64,000 bases of DNA. Origin: Lytechinus pictus (lineage: Eukaryota). Positions 49,866 through 62,129 of the stretch are shown here, in pieces (positions within the stretch are counted from its first letter, which is position 1; each line of letters opens with the position of its first letter). Where the stretch lies: NCBI RefSeq assembly GCF_037042905.1, contig NC_087252.1, positions 3,784,001 through 3,848,000 on the forward strand. Reading direction: 5' to 3'. Made by a program: the position numbers and the translations under genes. The notes below the pieces were generated by a model. It saw only the letters and a program-made list of their open reading frames with translations, searched no databases and had not been told where the DNA came from.

Positions 49866-51508
49866 CAGAGCTGCCAACCTTGTGCAAGCAAAAAAAGGAA
49901 TCATTATGGCCAAAAAAAGGAATTTCCAACAAAAAAAAGGAATGTGTTAAAACGAACCTTAAAACTACAAATTTCTTGCAGGGGCACCAAAATCAGTTCT
50001 GGTGAACATTTTTAGGGCTCCATTTTTCTGGGGCTTCCTTTCCACTTCTAAAATAATTCATTGTTTTATGTTGAGTTTCCTGACAAAACTACCAAATTGT
50101 AGACTAAGAGAAAAAAAAAAAAAGTTCACATCAATTCAGACTTCTCTTCCCAAGTAACATTGTTTTTGCCAAACAGTACCCTTTAAAATTAAAGTGTCAT
50201 AAAATGAAGTGTACATGTAACATTCCACAAATATAAAAAAATTATTCATAAATCAATCTAATCTAAAATTCAAATAGATCTATAGATAAGAAGTTGAAAT
50301 CATTCCACAAAAGTCCCATCGTAAATCACTTCACGATGTGCACAGCTCAGCCTCAATCACACTGCACGCACACTCAATCATCCCCAGCAGTGACAGCACT
50401 ATAGAGCAGACATCTAGGCCGCCAGAACCGGGGAAGAAATATTCCCATTCCTGCTAAACTGAATGCTAAAGTGCCGACTTTTTTAATGAATTCCAAAGGC
50501 AGGACATCTCCCTAGTATAAATCATGTGAAACTATCAACAAAATGTTGAATATCACCCAGAATTATTACTTCAGGGGACAATGAAGAGCTTTCCAGGTCT
50601 TTTCAAAGCCGAATTCATCGTATTTGTTTGATACGAGTTGATGAAAATTAACCAGACAGTACCATTATCCGAAGGGAATTGATATTAATCAATTCAAGAA
50701 AATAGCCTCAAAATTTCATTTCTTTATCACTACAATTAATTTTAAAGTATATGAAAAATATCTTTTGACGATTCAATCTTTTATATGATGAGTATTTTTG
50801 TAAAATTTTGCAAATGGAATAATAATTTCCCTCAAACCTCCAAATCCCCCTCCATACTACAATTTGGGAATTACCCTACCCAATTCATCGTACTCCTCAC
50901 TCTGCGCTGCAAGAACAAACGTTGGCTCCACTCACGTAGTGTTGGCCCTTGCGTAAAGACAACGTACCGTATTAGCAGTAACGTTAGATCTAACATTCGG
51001 CGGAAATCCGATTTTCGGATCGTTTTTTTTTTACATAAAACATCGCTTTATAGGAAAGAAATTACATGCAAATTTAAGATAAAATATATAAAATTCTAAA
51101 ATATCGTACCTTAGACCGCAGTTACTGTTATTTCCTTTCAAATGATGATCAAAACATAATCATCCTCGATCCTTTCTTTGGTCATCGTAAGTTGCCATCT
51201 TGGATGACGTCATCATCCTTATAGACGTATTTACCAGTCGCTATACATCGCGATTCGTGCCATGCATGCCGCTCGCATATTCAACTAACGTATATGTACT
51301 TGCACGCTATCAAATTATTAAAGTGCGTTGGAAAACCGGCCGGCGGGCGACTACGCACGCGCAAGTACCAGGCTCATCTCGGGCTCAACACGCACTACAC
51401 ATTATCAAAATTGTCAAAAAACGTAATTTGAAAAGAAAAACCATAATGCCGTAATTTGAATGAAAAAACGTAATGATTACGGCAAAAACATAATGGTTGG
51501 CAGCTCTG
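49866..51508 (-). mobile_element. hAT element C (non-autonomous; relative of A)
   Basis: TIR CAGAGCTGCCAACC; perfect 6-bp TSD CGGGCA (49860-49865, 51509-51514); both subtermini resemble element A ends in reverse orientation. Confidence 0.85.
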
Positions 51509-51710
51509 CGGGCACGGCATTCCAGAAAATTGTATATCGGGTTTCAAACTCCAATAATCCAAGGGCCCAGGGGGGGAGGGGGTGCACTTCTAGTGACGAG
51601 TGGATACCACACGTGACCATGGGGTTTGGAAAAGCACCCTAACCAAGTATTTTCCTTGTTCTGAAAATGCACACCATAACAAGTATTGGCGTGTGAAACC
51701 CTACCCTTAA

Positions 51711-52468
51711 CCCTAAAAAGACTGGGGGGGGGGGCTGATTCAGCCCCCCCTCGACATTTTTCGCGATAAATCTGTAACGCGAAAAGCTGGCGCCGCGCAG
51801 TTCCATTACTTTTTTCTTTCAAGTCTTGCGCAACTTTTGAGACCAAATTTGCGACACCCGGGTACGTGGTTCCGAAATTACGCAACATTTTGTAAGTGCA
51901 TGTCGACCCGAAATTGCTCAAAAACGTGAATTTGTGTACAAATCCAATGCAAATTGTGTTTTTAGCTAAAATTCATAAATGTATCATTATTTTCAATTTT
52001 ACTAATCAAACTCAATTAATTTCATCTTGTTTATGGTCAAAATAAAGTAGCGGACGATTTCCATTGAAAAAACAATAAAAAACAAAAAGTCGAAAAACAA
52101 AGAAATACATAAGAAATTTTAAAAACAATAAAATACATAAGAAAAGAATTGTGATATTGAATTTTTTTTAAAGAACATTTGATCAGAATCCTTCAAAGAG
52201 TCTGTGAATCAAAAATTGGCAGTTTAGAGGCCTTATTTTAGTTAATTAGAGCAAATCTTTGATTTTACGCATAAATTAGCATAATTAATGAATTATGAGA
52301 TTTTTCGGAAAATTTGATCCTACAGTCTTGGAGATTATGCCATGGGTAATGCACGTGCCAATTTTCATCGCGATCGCGCGGTCGACGGCCGAGATCATAG
52401 GGGGGGGCTGAATCAGCCCCCCCCCCCCCAGTCTTCTTAGGCATCAAAATAGCCCAGTCTATTTAGGG
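51711..52468. mobile_element. piggyBac-like MITE (TTAA TSD), inserted in an older repeat
   Basis: TTAA|CCCTAAAAAGACTGGG ... CCCAGTCTATTTAGGG|TTAA; subterminal hairpins GGGGCTGA(T/A)TCAGCCCC. Confidence 0.85.
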
Positions 52469-52896
52469 TTAAACAAGCATTGGAAACAAAATGTACCCTA
52501 GACAAGAATTACACCAGAGAAGCAAACAATCAAAAGACAACTTATGAGTAAGTTTCCCATGACCTCCCCATCCCCCACAGGACCACACGTAGTGTTAGTG
52601 CAAAAAAGTACATCCTTTTATCAAGTATTTTAGTCCTTATATACCCTGAAAAATTGGACCGTAAAACTGTAGCTTTCCTAGCGAAAAATACCTTTTTCAT
52701 TATTTTAGCGTTTTTTGACACCCTTATTACATGTACCTTTAGGGCTGTTGAATATCAATAACGTCTTTATCGCTATTCGCTTGTTTTTTCCACTTTAGTG
52801 ATATCGATAACCTTTCTCTCGTCGATAATATCCGCTTTTATTTAGGAACACAGTGATTCTCGCGATTTCATGGAAACAGTCTTTTGAAAGTGGCGT

Positions 52897-53236
52897 GTAT
52901 TTGGCCATAGACACGGGACTAGGGTAATTTATGGTCAAAATATTTATAAAACTGAATTGTGAAAACAGAAATTATGCACTTACCAGATTATATGGATGAA
53001 GGTCTAACGTGTGGCAGTATCCTGACATCGAAGCACAGACTGCTAAGAAGGAGAGCTACCGCGACAGAACTTCTCGTTTTTTTGAGGTTCCAGTCTGTGC
53101 TTCGATGTCAGGATACTGCCACACGTTAGACCTTCATCCATATAACCTGGTAAGTGCATAATTTCTGTTTTCACAATTCAGTTTTATAAATATTTTGACC
53201 ATAAATTACCCTAGTCCCGTGTCTATGGCCAAATAC
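52897..53236. repeat. near-perfect palindrome: 146-bp arms, 48-bp spacer
   Basis: 52897-53042 vs 53091-53236; one mismatch seen. Confidence 0.92.
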
Positions 53237-54031
53237 AAGGTAAGCCCCTGGGCTCCCTGGGTTCCCTGGGTTACCAATACGTGTGTATATTGTGAATCAG
53301 ATGACAATAAAATCAAATTATTTCATGGAAAATACATTTTAATATTACAGTGAGTGAATAAATATCGATAGAATTATGTGAGAAAATAGTTTAGGCTCTG
53401 ATTTTGTTTGAGAAATAAAAAAAAGTGAAATTCCAGCTAACTTTTTGAATCACTAACTGTACTTTCTAAACCTTATTTTTTGTATAAGTATATAGAGGTG
53501 CATATCTCATTTTGTTCACTACACAGGATGTTTTCAAAAGCAAAGCTTTGCTGTTGGGGATATTGGCACCGACTAATAAATGTGTCAATATTTTTGCGTG
53601 TTATGAAATTCGCGGCCGATCGGCAATTCGCGAAAATAAAACCCCCGCAAAAATAACAGCTTATACAGTAATACATGCCGCCGCGCACAGAAAAATCAAG
53701 CCATAGAAGTCGTGTGTTGTGGACACCAGAAGTGGGATCGCAGCACGCGCGACCTACTAGTTAGAAATCCACTGCCAAACGCGGTTCATGGTGCGAGGTA
53801 TACATGTACTAACCTCGCACATTGTGAGTGCAATAATACCTAGGCTAACGTTAGACAGGAATAACCATCGTTTCTGGGGATTTATTCAACAATTTCTGAC
53901 ATTTTACTATCATCCCCATTCACCGACGGTAGTGTGTTAGTGCGAGCCTACATGTGTAATCATTTCTTCCAATTCGGGCGAACGGGTTTATAGATTTTTT
54001 TTTTTTTTTAATTCTAAATGATATACATTAC

Positions 54032-54478
54032 CTTGAACGAATGCCCACTATATTCGTTAGACTCTAATATTTCTTTTGATACTATAAAAATGCAATAAAA
54101 TATCGAAAATATACGTTAGTAACTGTCGTTACCGATGATTTATTCCTTATTTTTTTAATTCTTCTGCCGGAGATGAAAAAATGGCAGCAGTGTGTTGCTG
54201 CCCTCTATGTTCAATGAGTTGTGCTTTTATCAAGCCTTTCCGATTAGAATTTTCGATATCCTGGCGAATCAATGCGAGCGACAAGTTCCGAACGCACGCA
54301 CGTAGATTACAAGCACAAAGCAGCGGCACAAATCGCGATATATAGCGACTGGTAAATACATCTGTAAGGATGATGACGTCATCCAAGATGGCAACTTACG
54401 TTCACCAGCGAAAGGATCGAAGATGACGATGTTTCGATCAACATTTGAAAGGAATTAGCGGTAACTGCGGTCTAAGGT
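54032..54478. promoter_or_regulatory. candidate bidirectional promoter with divergent non-coding first exons
   Basis: CpG-rich; TGACGTCA 54374-54381; YY1-like CAAGATGGC; plus-strand donor AAG|GTACGA at 54477; minus-strand donor AAG|GTAATG at 54031 pointing toward MRPL37. Confidence 0.5.
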
Positions 54479-54733
54479 ACGATATTTCTGAATTTTATAC
54501 ATTTTTTTCGTAAATATGGATGAAACTTCTTTTTCATAAAGACATAATGTGACATTTTATGTACAAAAAACGATCGGAAAATCAGGTTTCCGTCGAATGT
54601 TCGATCTAACATTACTGCTAATACGTTGTCTGTACGTACGGGCCTCCAAGCTCTTCAGTCTATGTATCGGTGAGTGAGCCAACGCAGTTCAGCGGAACAA
54701 CCAAAATACAGAGACTGAAGCATTTGGTCTAGG

Positions 54734-56931
54734 CATGGAGCTATTAAGAGAAGGAGAACCATGTTCAAAATCCTCTGTTAATCCTTTATTATCGCTTCCT
54801 TCGGGCGTAAGAACGATATCTAACATCAATCGGCGAGCCGCCAGGCGAAAGTCAGAGCCCGCTTACATAACGCGATAAGCCCCCTCGTAAAATCTGAGGT
54901 CAGAGATTTTTTGAAGGACCCTGCGAGGCACCGCCGTAAACAACGTTCTCCCACATAACTTCTCTCTGAGCTCAGTTTTTTTTCAAAATTGAAACACGAC
55001 TTCCTGTACTTCGAACATCCATATCTCTTCGTACAGATTCCTGATGTACGTCTTTTATGTATGGTTGAACTTCTGAGATGATCCCCTTTGCATACATACC
55101 AAATACGTCACAATCTGATTTGACTCAACAAAATTACAAACGGAGGAAGTTGGAGATTGGTCATTTTAGGTATGTCTGTCTTTCTTACGTAGTTAAATCT
55201 TTCCCTGCTCGTACATGTTTTAGAAATTATAATAAGGTGAAAAAGCATACTTTGAGCTTTATTTTTATGCAGAAATAATTTGCGTGTTTACAATGGTCTT
55301 GATAATATTACGACGAATCTGCGGGGCATTTCTCTGGCGATTGTCGCATCGTGGAGTACCCTCCGGTGCCCCACATACCATACTCCTATTTGTGTAAGTT
55401 GAAAGTGAGTGTAATGAATGACGGGAGCTCCGTGCTCGCTCAGCTCTTGTCTCTGGATCGTTTTTGGAAAATGGCAGGGGCCGCGGAGCGAATAAATTTA
55501 ATTTACAAATCAGTAAAAAGGAGAACAAAGTACAAAAAATTGTTTAAAAAATGATTACAGCTATTGAATTCATATTTTTAGTTTAATCTAAAGAAAAAAA
55601 GAAGGCTTCCAAAATATAAAGTGTCCCGACACCCGACCCCCCCCCCTCATTTCTAAAACATTCTATTTCTATTCTAAATATATTTAGAAACACAAAATAT
55701 CATTATGATTTTTGTTAGATTATGGGATTTTTTGTTTGTTTTAAGATTGTACTTTTTTTCTTTCTTTCTTTCATATCCTTTTTTCTTCATCATTCTATCC
55801 TTCCTCTTTGCCCCTTTTTTTACTCCATCTATCTTTATTCCCTATCTTTCTTTCCTGATCTTCTCTCTCTGTTCATTTTTCTTTCTTTCCTTCTTTGTCT
55901 TACTCTCCTTCCTTTTTTAAATTTCCTTTTTTCCCTTCATTTTTTCTTTCCTTAAACTTTTCTTTGCTTCCTTCTCCCTTTTCTTTTAGTTCTTTCTCTC
56001 CTTCCATTATTTTCTCTATATTTATTCTCTCCTCCCCTTATTTTTTCCTCCCTCTCTTTCATCCTTTCTTTTATTCTTTATTTTATTTTTTCCTTCTACT
56101 TTGTGTCCTTTTTTCTTTCTTTCCCTCCCTCCCTTCCTTGTTTTTCTTCTTTCTTTATTTCTTTCTTTCAAAGAATGAAGGAAACATTTTTCTTTTATTC
56201 GTTCTTTCTTTCCTCCTCCTTTTTTCTTGCTTTCTTTTCTCTCCCTTATGTTTTCTTTCACACATCTTCCCTTCCTTTTCTTTTTCTTTCCTTCTTAATT
56301 CATTTCAAAGAATGACGGAAACTTTTTTTTTCTTTTCTTCTATCTTTCATCATTTTATTCTAACATTTCTTTTTTTTCCATATATTTTCCTTCATTTTCC
56401 CCTTCATTTTTTATTTCTTTCCGTTCTCAATTCAACTCTTTTCTTTCGCCTTTTCATTCCCTCCTTCATTCTTTCGTTCACCCCCCTTTCAATTCTGTAC
56501 ATTTTTTCCCAAGTCGAACACCGTGTAGCCTCCTTTGACTTTGTTTATCTTTTTTTTAAAGACCTGGCTCGGTCGATCCGCTCATGCAGCGTACTTTGTC
56601 GATTGTCCCATATTTCTTTTTTGCGAAATCTGGTCACCCTGCATTTACATGATTTAGCTGGTTCCAAAACCAGATTTTTGTCTTCGAAATCATGAGGCCA
56701 TGTTTGCATAAAATTTGTGAAGCCGATGTGAAATGCATTATGGGTGAAAAAGTTACTGCGCAAGCGCAAACCCGAGCTGTCGACCGCGTCGATTCAACTT
56801 TCCTTATCTGATTTACGAGCGGCCTGTGTAATGCGCCGTGAGGGACCCTGCTGAGAGGGGATTAGCAGTGCAGCGCATGGGGCAAAGCGTTTGAGAGAGT
56901 CAGATCTCCTTCTGTTAATAATAGCTCTATG
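54734..56931. mobile_element. P-element-like non-autonomous element containing a CT-rich tract
   Basis: TIR CATGGAGCTATTAAGAGAAGGAGA / TCTCCTTCTGTTAATAATAGCTCTATG; 7-bp flanks GTCTAGG / GTCTAGC. Confidence 0.6.
55745..56510. repeat. CT-rich low-complexity tract
   Basis: Direct inspection. Confidence 0.9.
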
Positions 56932-57517
56932 GTCTAGCACTCTAGGCTAACGACAACGTTAATTCAATTCATATTTCAACTTTCAAGCATGTCAAGTGAA
57001 CAGCCACAGCCAGGTATTCCTTAATCAAAATAGGCCTACAAAAAAGTATTTTAACTTAAGTAGCATTTGAAAAGAGCCCCCGAAATGCAAAAAGTAGCCC
57101 CCGAAAGGTAGAGATGGAGCCCCCGAAAAAAAAAAAATTCCCTGACTTAGAGTCTAACATAATTAACTTTAACGTTAGATCTCTAAATGATCGACTTGAC
57201 AGATAACACAATTTTGAACAGATGGGACTGGGTGGCATTGCTAGTGTAACCATAACGGGCCAATTATTCACCCAACTGTCTAATCAAAATTTTCTATAAA
57301 TGTCACATACATAACAGGACATAAATGAGACAGAAATTCTCATGTTACATAGTAATTTCTTAACTTAACTTTTGACTACAATTTCTGAAAAAAATGATGT
57401 TATTCTTAATCTCACCTCGTACGTAAGTAGGCCCTAGGCCTATAGTGATTTTAATCCAGCGTGCTGGTGCAGTCACAGTTGGCTACTTGGCTAGCGCTAC
57501 ACTACTCTCAGCCACAG

Positions 57518-57854
57518 CAGCGTGGCCAGTGAAAAAAAATCAAATTATGCCAGAGGAGCAGCGAAATTATGCTTAATCGCGAAATATTATGCCAAACCGT
57601 TTTGGACCCTAGGATTTTCCACAAAGGGGGGGGGGGGGGGGGGGGCAAAACCGTCCGCCAAAAAATTTGACAAGCAAAAAAAAAAAAAAAAAAAAAAAAG
57701 GTCTTCAATCTTCAAATAGATCAAAATTGTGCTAAATATGCTATTATTATGCCAGATTCTTTGCTTAAAAAAGCCTAATTATATGCCCCAAATTATGCTT
57801 AAAGGGTCGAAATTATGCCAGAAAGCATAATTTATGCCAGTTCTGGCAACATTG
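57518..57854. mobile_element. hAT MITE (8-bp TSD)
   Basis: CAGCGTGGCCAG / CTGGCAACATTG; perfect TSD AGCCACAG (57510-57517, 57855-57862); internal AATTATGC repeats. Confidence 0.85.
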
Positions 57855-57949
57855 AGCCACAGGCGCAGGCGCTAGGCAGGCAGGAAATATATGCTGCACG
57901 TGATACCGTCATGTCCACCAGGCCCCGTACCCAGAAAAAATGTTGATTT

Positions 57950-58530
57950 GAATAAAAAGAGAAAAAACAAACAAGTATATAAAGGGCATAAGATGAAGAA
58001 GAAGAAAGGAAGAAAAAGAAGAAGAAAGGAAGAAAAAGAAGAAGAAAGGAAGGAAGAAAAAGAAGAGGAGGAAGTAGAAGGAAAAGAAGAAAAAGTAGAT
58101 AAAAATAAAGAAGAAGAAAAAAGAAGAGAATATAAAGAGAAAAACCAAAGCATAAGGGGCATAATAAAGAAGAAGAAAAAGAAGAGGAGGAATTAGAAGG
58201 AAAAGAAGAGAGTACATGAAGAATATAAGGAGGAAGAAGATGAACAAAAAGGAGAATAGGAAGGAGAGGAGCAGAAGAAAAGACAACAAAGAGATGAAGG
58301 AGGAGGAAAAGAAGAAAGTAGAACTAGAAGAAGAATATAAAGAGGAAGAAGATGAAGAAAAAGGAGGACGAGACAAAGAAGAAAAAGAAGAAGAGAAAGA
58401 AGAAAGATAAGACCACAGAGTAGAGGAGAAAGAAGAAGAGAAAGGAGGGAGAGAAGAAGGAAATGGAGAAAGAGAAGGACAAAAAAGAGCAAGGACAGAC
58501 AATTGGAGACACAGATAAAGAAGAGGAGGA
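57950..58530. repeat. GA-rich low-complexity tract
   Basis: Direct inspection. Confidence 0.9.
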
Positions 58531-60166
58531 TTTTGTTTCATGTAACACCGAGGAAAAATTCATGTGTCATATGGTCCCCTCATTTACATACCAACCAGAA
58601 TATGTATAACCCCGGGGCCGGGGTATAACTAAATCTTGAAATGCTGAATCTTTCTTATTATATTGATAAAATTAACATTAAAGTTAGTGTTTGCTCAAGT
58701 TGATGGTACAATTAACAAGTGCATTCTTGGGTTTATGGGAAAATGTGGTACATAGATGAGTAGATATGGAAAGCGCACACGAGACAAGGGGTGGGATCAT
58801 CATAACCATCACCACCATCATCATCTTTATTCCAAACTCCATTATTATCATTGGTGTTCTAAACAGCACTGCATGGCGTATAAAGATGGGGCTTGCAAAG
58901 AAAAAAAAGAGAGAACAGGAAAGAAGGGTGAAATATACAATTTTTGAATATCATCTAAAAATCTACCACAAAATTGAATTTTCGAAATAAAAATATCAAA
59001 ATGTTTGCTCTCTCACAACTTTTAATGTGATACGTCTTATCTAGCCCCTAAAATTTGTTGGCTCATTACGCCACTGCTTAACAGCACCTCCATATTCAAA
59101 TTGTTACCACCAAAACTATCATTATCACCATTACAGGAAACCAAAATACAAGGAGAGAATCCATCTCATCAGAATGAACAGGAACAATCTAAAAACTACA
59201 AAATGGCCGATTCTGTGGACAACTCTCCATTTGTTTTGTACACAAATTTTCAGATTTCCCCCTTACATAATTCACATTATAGCTTCTCCTGACCTTGACA
59301 TATAGGGTGTGAATTACTGTATATTTTCTCATGACATATGTTATGCTCAGGAGGCAAAATGCAATTTAAAAGATTAAAAAATCTGAAAAATTTGGGTACA
59401 AAACAAATTTAGAGTTATCCACAAAATCTGCAATTCTAAGAGACGGTGGCCAATTTCATAGAAAGTACAAGAATTTTTAAATGTCCATAACTTGCTTATT
59501 TTATTACCGATTTTGATGAAACTCGTTTTAAATTGTTCTTCTCATTTTACTCTTTCCAGTAAGATCGCCTTTCTTGTTGGGATTTGGTTTCCTGTATACT
59601 TGCTTTCAAATCTGACAATCATGCATGAGCTCTCACGCAATAAGAGTCTTATGAGAAAATCCAATAAGCCAGTTCGTAGTTCCATTCTGCGCATGATCAG
59701 AGAAAGGTCATTTGTACTAAAAGTGGCATGGTGGTTTAAAATTTAATGAGATAAGCACCAACTTTGGTGTCTTGATTATTCATATATTCTTTTCAATTGT
59801 GTTTTTCATTTGCATCCACAAAGAACAATAATGCGTCCACGACTGGTATTTCACTGCAGTTTGCCAAGTACATTGTACAACATGCTATAATATGCATTCA
59901 AAGTAGAAATGCAACAAATACCTTCATGGAGTCTTCAATGGTGTACTATTCTAGTCACCTGGTATAATTCAATTTCTTCATCCTGCTATGTAAGGCATGC
60001 ATATGTTATATCCTGCTTTGAAATCTGCCTATCATAATGAAATAAATGAAAGGCCATTTGACCAAAATTGTCCCTGATGTAACTACGAACTGGTCTATTC
60101 ATATAGTTTCATCCTTTGGCTTCTTTAATGATGCAACATGATACAAAAATATAATTTATTACCCAT

Positions 60167-61200
60167 ATTCAATTCAATTCATTTAATTTCACTCGATAAA
60201 AATAACATATATACAGGTAAATAAGAAATACATAATAGCAAGAAAGGACAAAACAAAGTAATGAAAATGATTTACAGTAAATATTGTACAAAACAGGCTT
60301 CGAGTGTTGACTGGCATTAAAGATCTGTTGGATCTTAGAAGTTCAAGCCCATTAAAGAAATAAAAAGATGGGATACATAATAGAACATACAAAGACAAAC
60401 ACAAACAAGGTAAAAACAAACATTAACAAAGTTAAATGAAGTGTTTGCCTTTCTAGAAAAAATTATAGAATAAAGTTAAAGGACGAGCGTATGTCGAGTG
60501 TCACAGAAAAATGACAGGTGAAGTGAGACTTGGTGTAGGAGAAGGGCAAACACAGAAATTATAGTCATGTTACAATTACTAGTTGTTATTGAATGAGAAC
60601 ATTGTTAACCGAGTCTTTTTTGTACTGACGTTGAAGACTATTTAGGGATAAACTATTTTTAAGTGTAGGGGGAAGAGAGATCCATAATTTGGGACCTGAA
60701 CACATTCCATTTTTTTTAGTAAAAGTAGTACGGACGGAGGGCATGTGAAAATCAAATTGACTACGGGTTTGGTGAGAATGGGTAGTAGTATTGAGAAAAA
60801 ATATCTGCTTAGTGATTCAGGAATTATCTTTTTGTGGCAAGAATACATAAATGATTCTAGGGATAGTTTATAAATGTCAAATACACTTGAGTTTTAATCT
60901 TTTGAAAAGGACACTAGAGTGAGCATTAAATGAAGTTTTTCACATTATTCTCACTGCTATTTTCTGTAATTTAAATAATCTGAACATATTTAGGTTATTG
61001 TTGGCTGTGGTGGCCCATACAACATTACAATAAGTTAAATATGGATAAACCATTGTATAATAAAGGTTGAGTAATATGTTTTGTGGAAGGAAATTTAATT
61101 TATATTCATTACACCTATATTTCTTGAAATAACCGAACATAAATAATCAAAGAGATTGAAAACAGGAGAGTTCATCGTCAAGTTGGATGCCAAGAATCAT
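60167..61200 (-). mobile_element. 5'-truncated, degraded LINE (CR1/L2 group, Crack/Daphne-like) 3' fragment
   Basis: LLNLYYTMVYPYLTYCNVVWAT...LFKLQKIAVRIM is a typical post-RT motif; (TGAAT)n tail at ~60167-60182. Confidence 0.65.
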
Positions 61201-61844
61201 AAAACATAAAACTAACACACAATTATGTTACAATACGTTAAATACATAATCCAATTTGTACCATTAAAGACCGCTATGCACAGTGGTTTCACAAGGTTTT
61301 GGTGATGAGTGGGGGGGCATAATGACGATCTTCATAAGGCTGTTGTACAAAATTCCATATTTGAGCCCCCATTAACCCCCCCCCCCCCCCGGCAAACATC
61401 GCCGGCCATGAAGACTCGCTTCAAAATATTAGCGCTTCTTCATTTTACATTCATAAACGCTGCCATTGTTACTATATACACAACCCTCATTCATCAAATG
61501 TCACAAAGAGGTCTTTAAAAGATATGAACAGATTACTAACATTGCTTGACAAGTTGGTTTTACATATTCATATTTTTGTCCACATTGCTGTAAATGCATT
61601 TTGGTAATCTTTTCTCTATCAAATCTTTGGCCTCACCTTACCAATTTTAGTGAGTTATAAGAATCATGTTACGGTTGCTCACGTTTCATATAGTCCAAAC
61701 AATATTCTTAGCACTATCTTAATAGAATAGACATTACACTTTATTCGTTAAGGATAATACCTTCTTGCTGACTTTCCTCATAGGGAACATGGCAGAACTA
61801 GAACTGAATATAGAATCATAATAATAATAATAATAATAAATACA

Positions 61845-62019
61845 CACTGTAAAAAGTGAAGTGCTAATTTAGCACTTACAGTGCTTGTATAGTGACTGCA
61901 GTCACTGCACTACGAGTGCTGATTTTCTAGTTTAAATTTGAACTAGAAAATCAGCACTCGCAGTGCAGTCACTATACAAGCACTGTAAGTGCTACATTAG
62001 CACTTCATTTTTTACAGTG
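61845..62019. mobile_element. CACTG-ended (EnSpm/CACTA-like) palindromic MITE, 2-bp TSD
   Basis: CA|CACTGTAAAAA ... TTTTTACAGTG|CA; almost wholly palindromic. Confidence 0.75.
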
Positions 62020-62129
62020 CAGACATAAAATGCTATAATTATCCCATTGCTCAATAAGAGAGCAGCGCTGACCACAATCAAAACCCTTTACAATCGTGTT
62101 TGGATAGGAAATATAAGAGTACACTTATG

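Noticed and set aside
55705..58563. Phe/Ser/Leu-rich and Lys/Glu-rich ORFs up to 266 aa
   Set aside because: Products of CT- and GA-rich low-complexity DNA.
59101..59292. Second exon for the plus-strand transcript (TTACAG|GAA at ~59135)
   Set aside because: It lies in a degraded MITE-like repeat (~59140-59595), with no donor or domain support.
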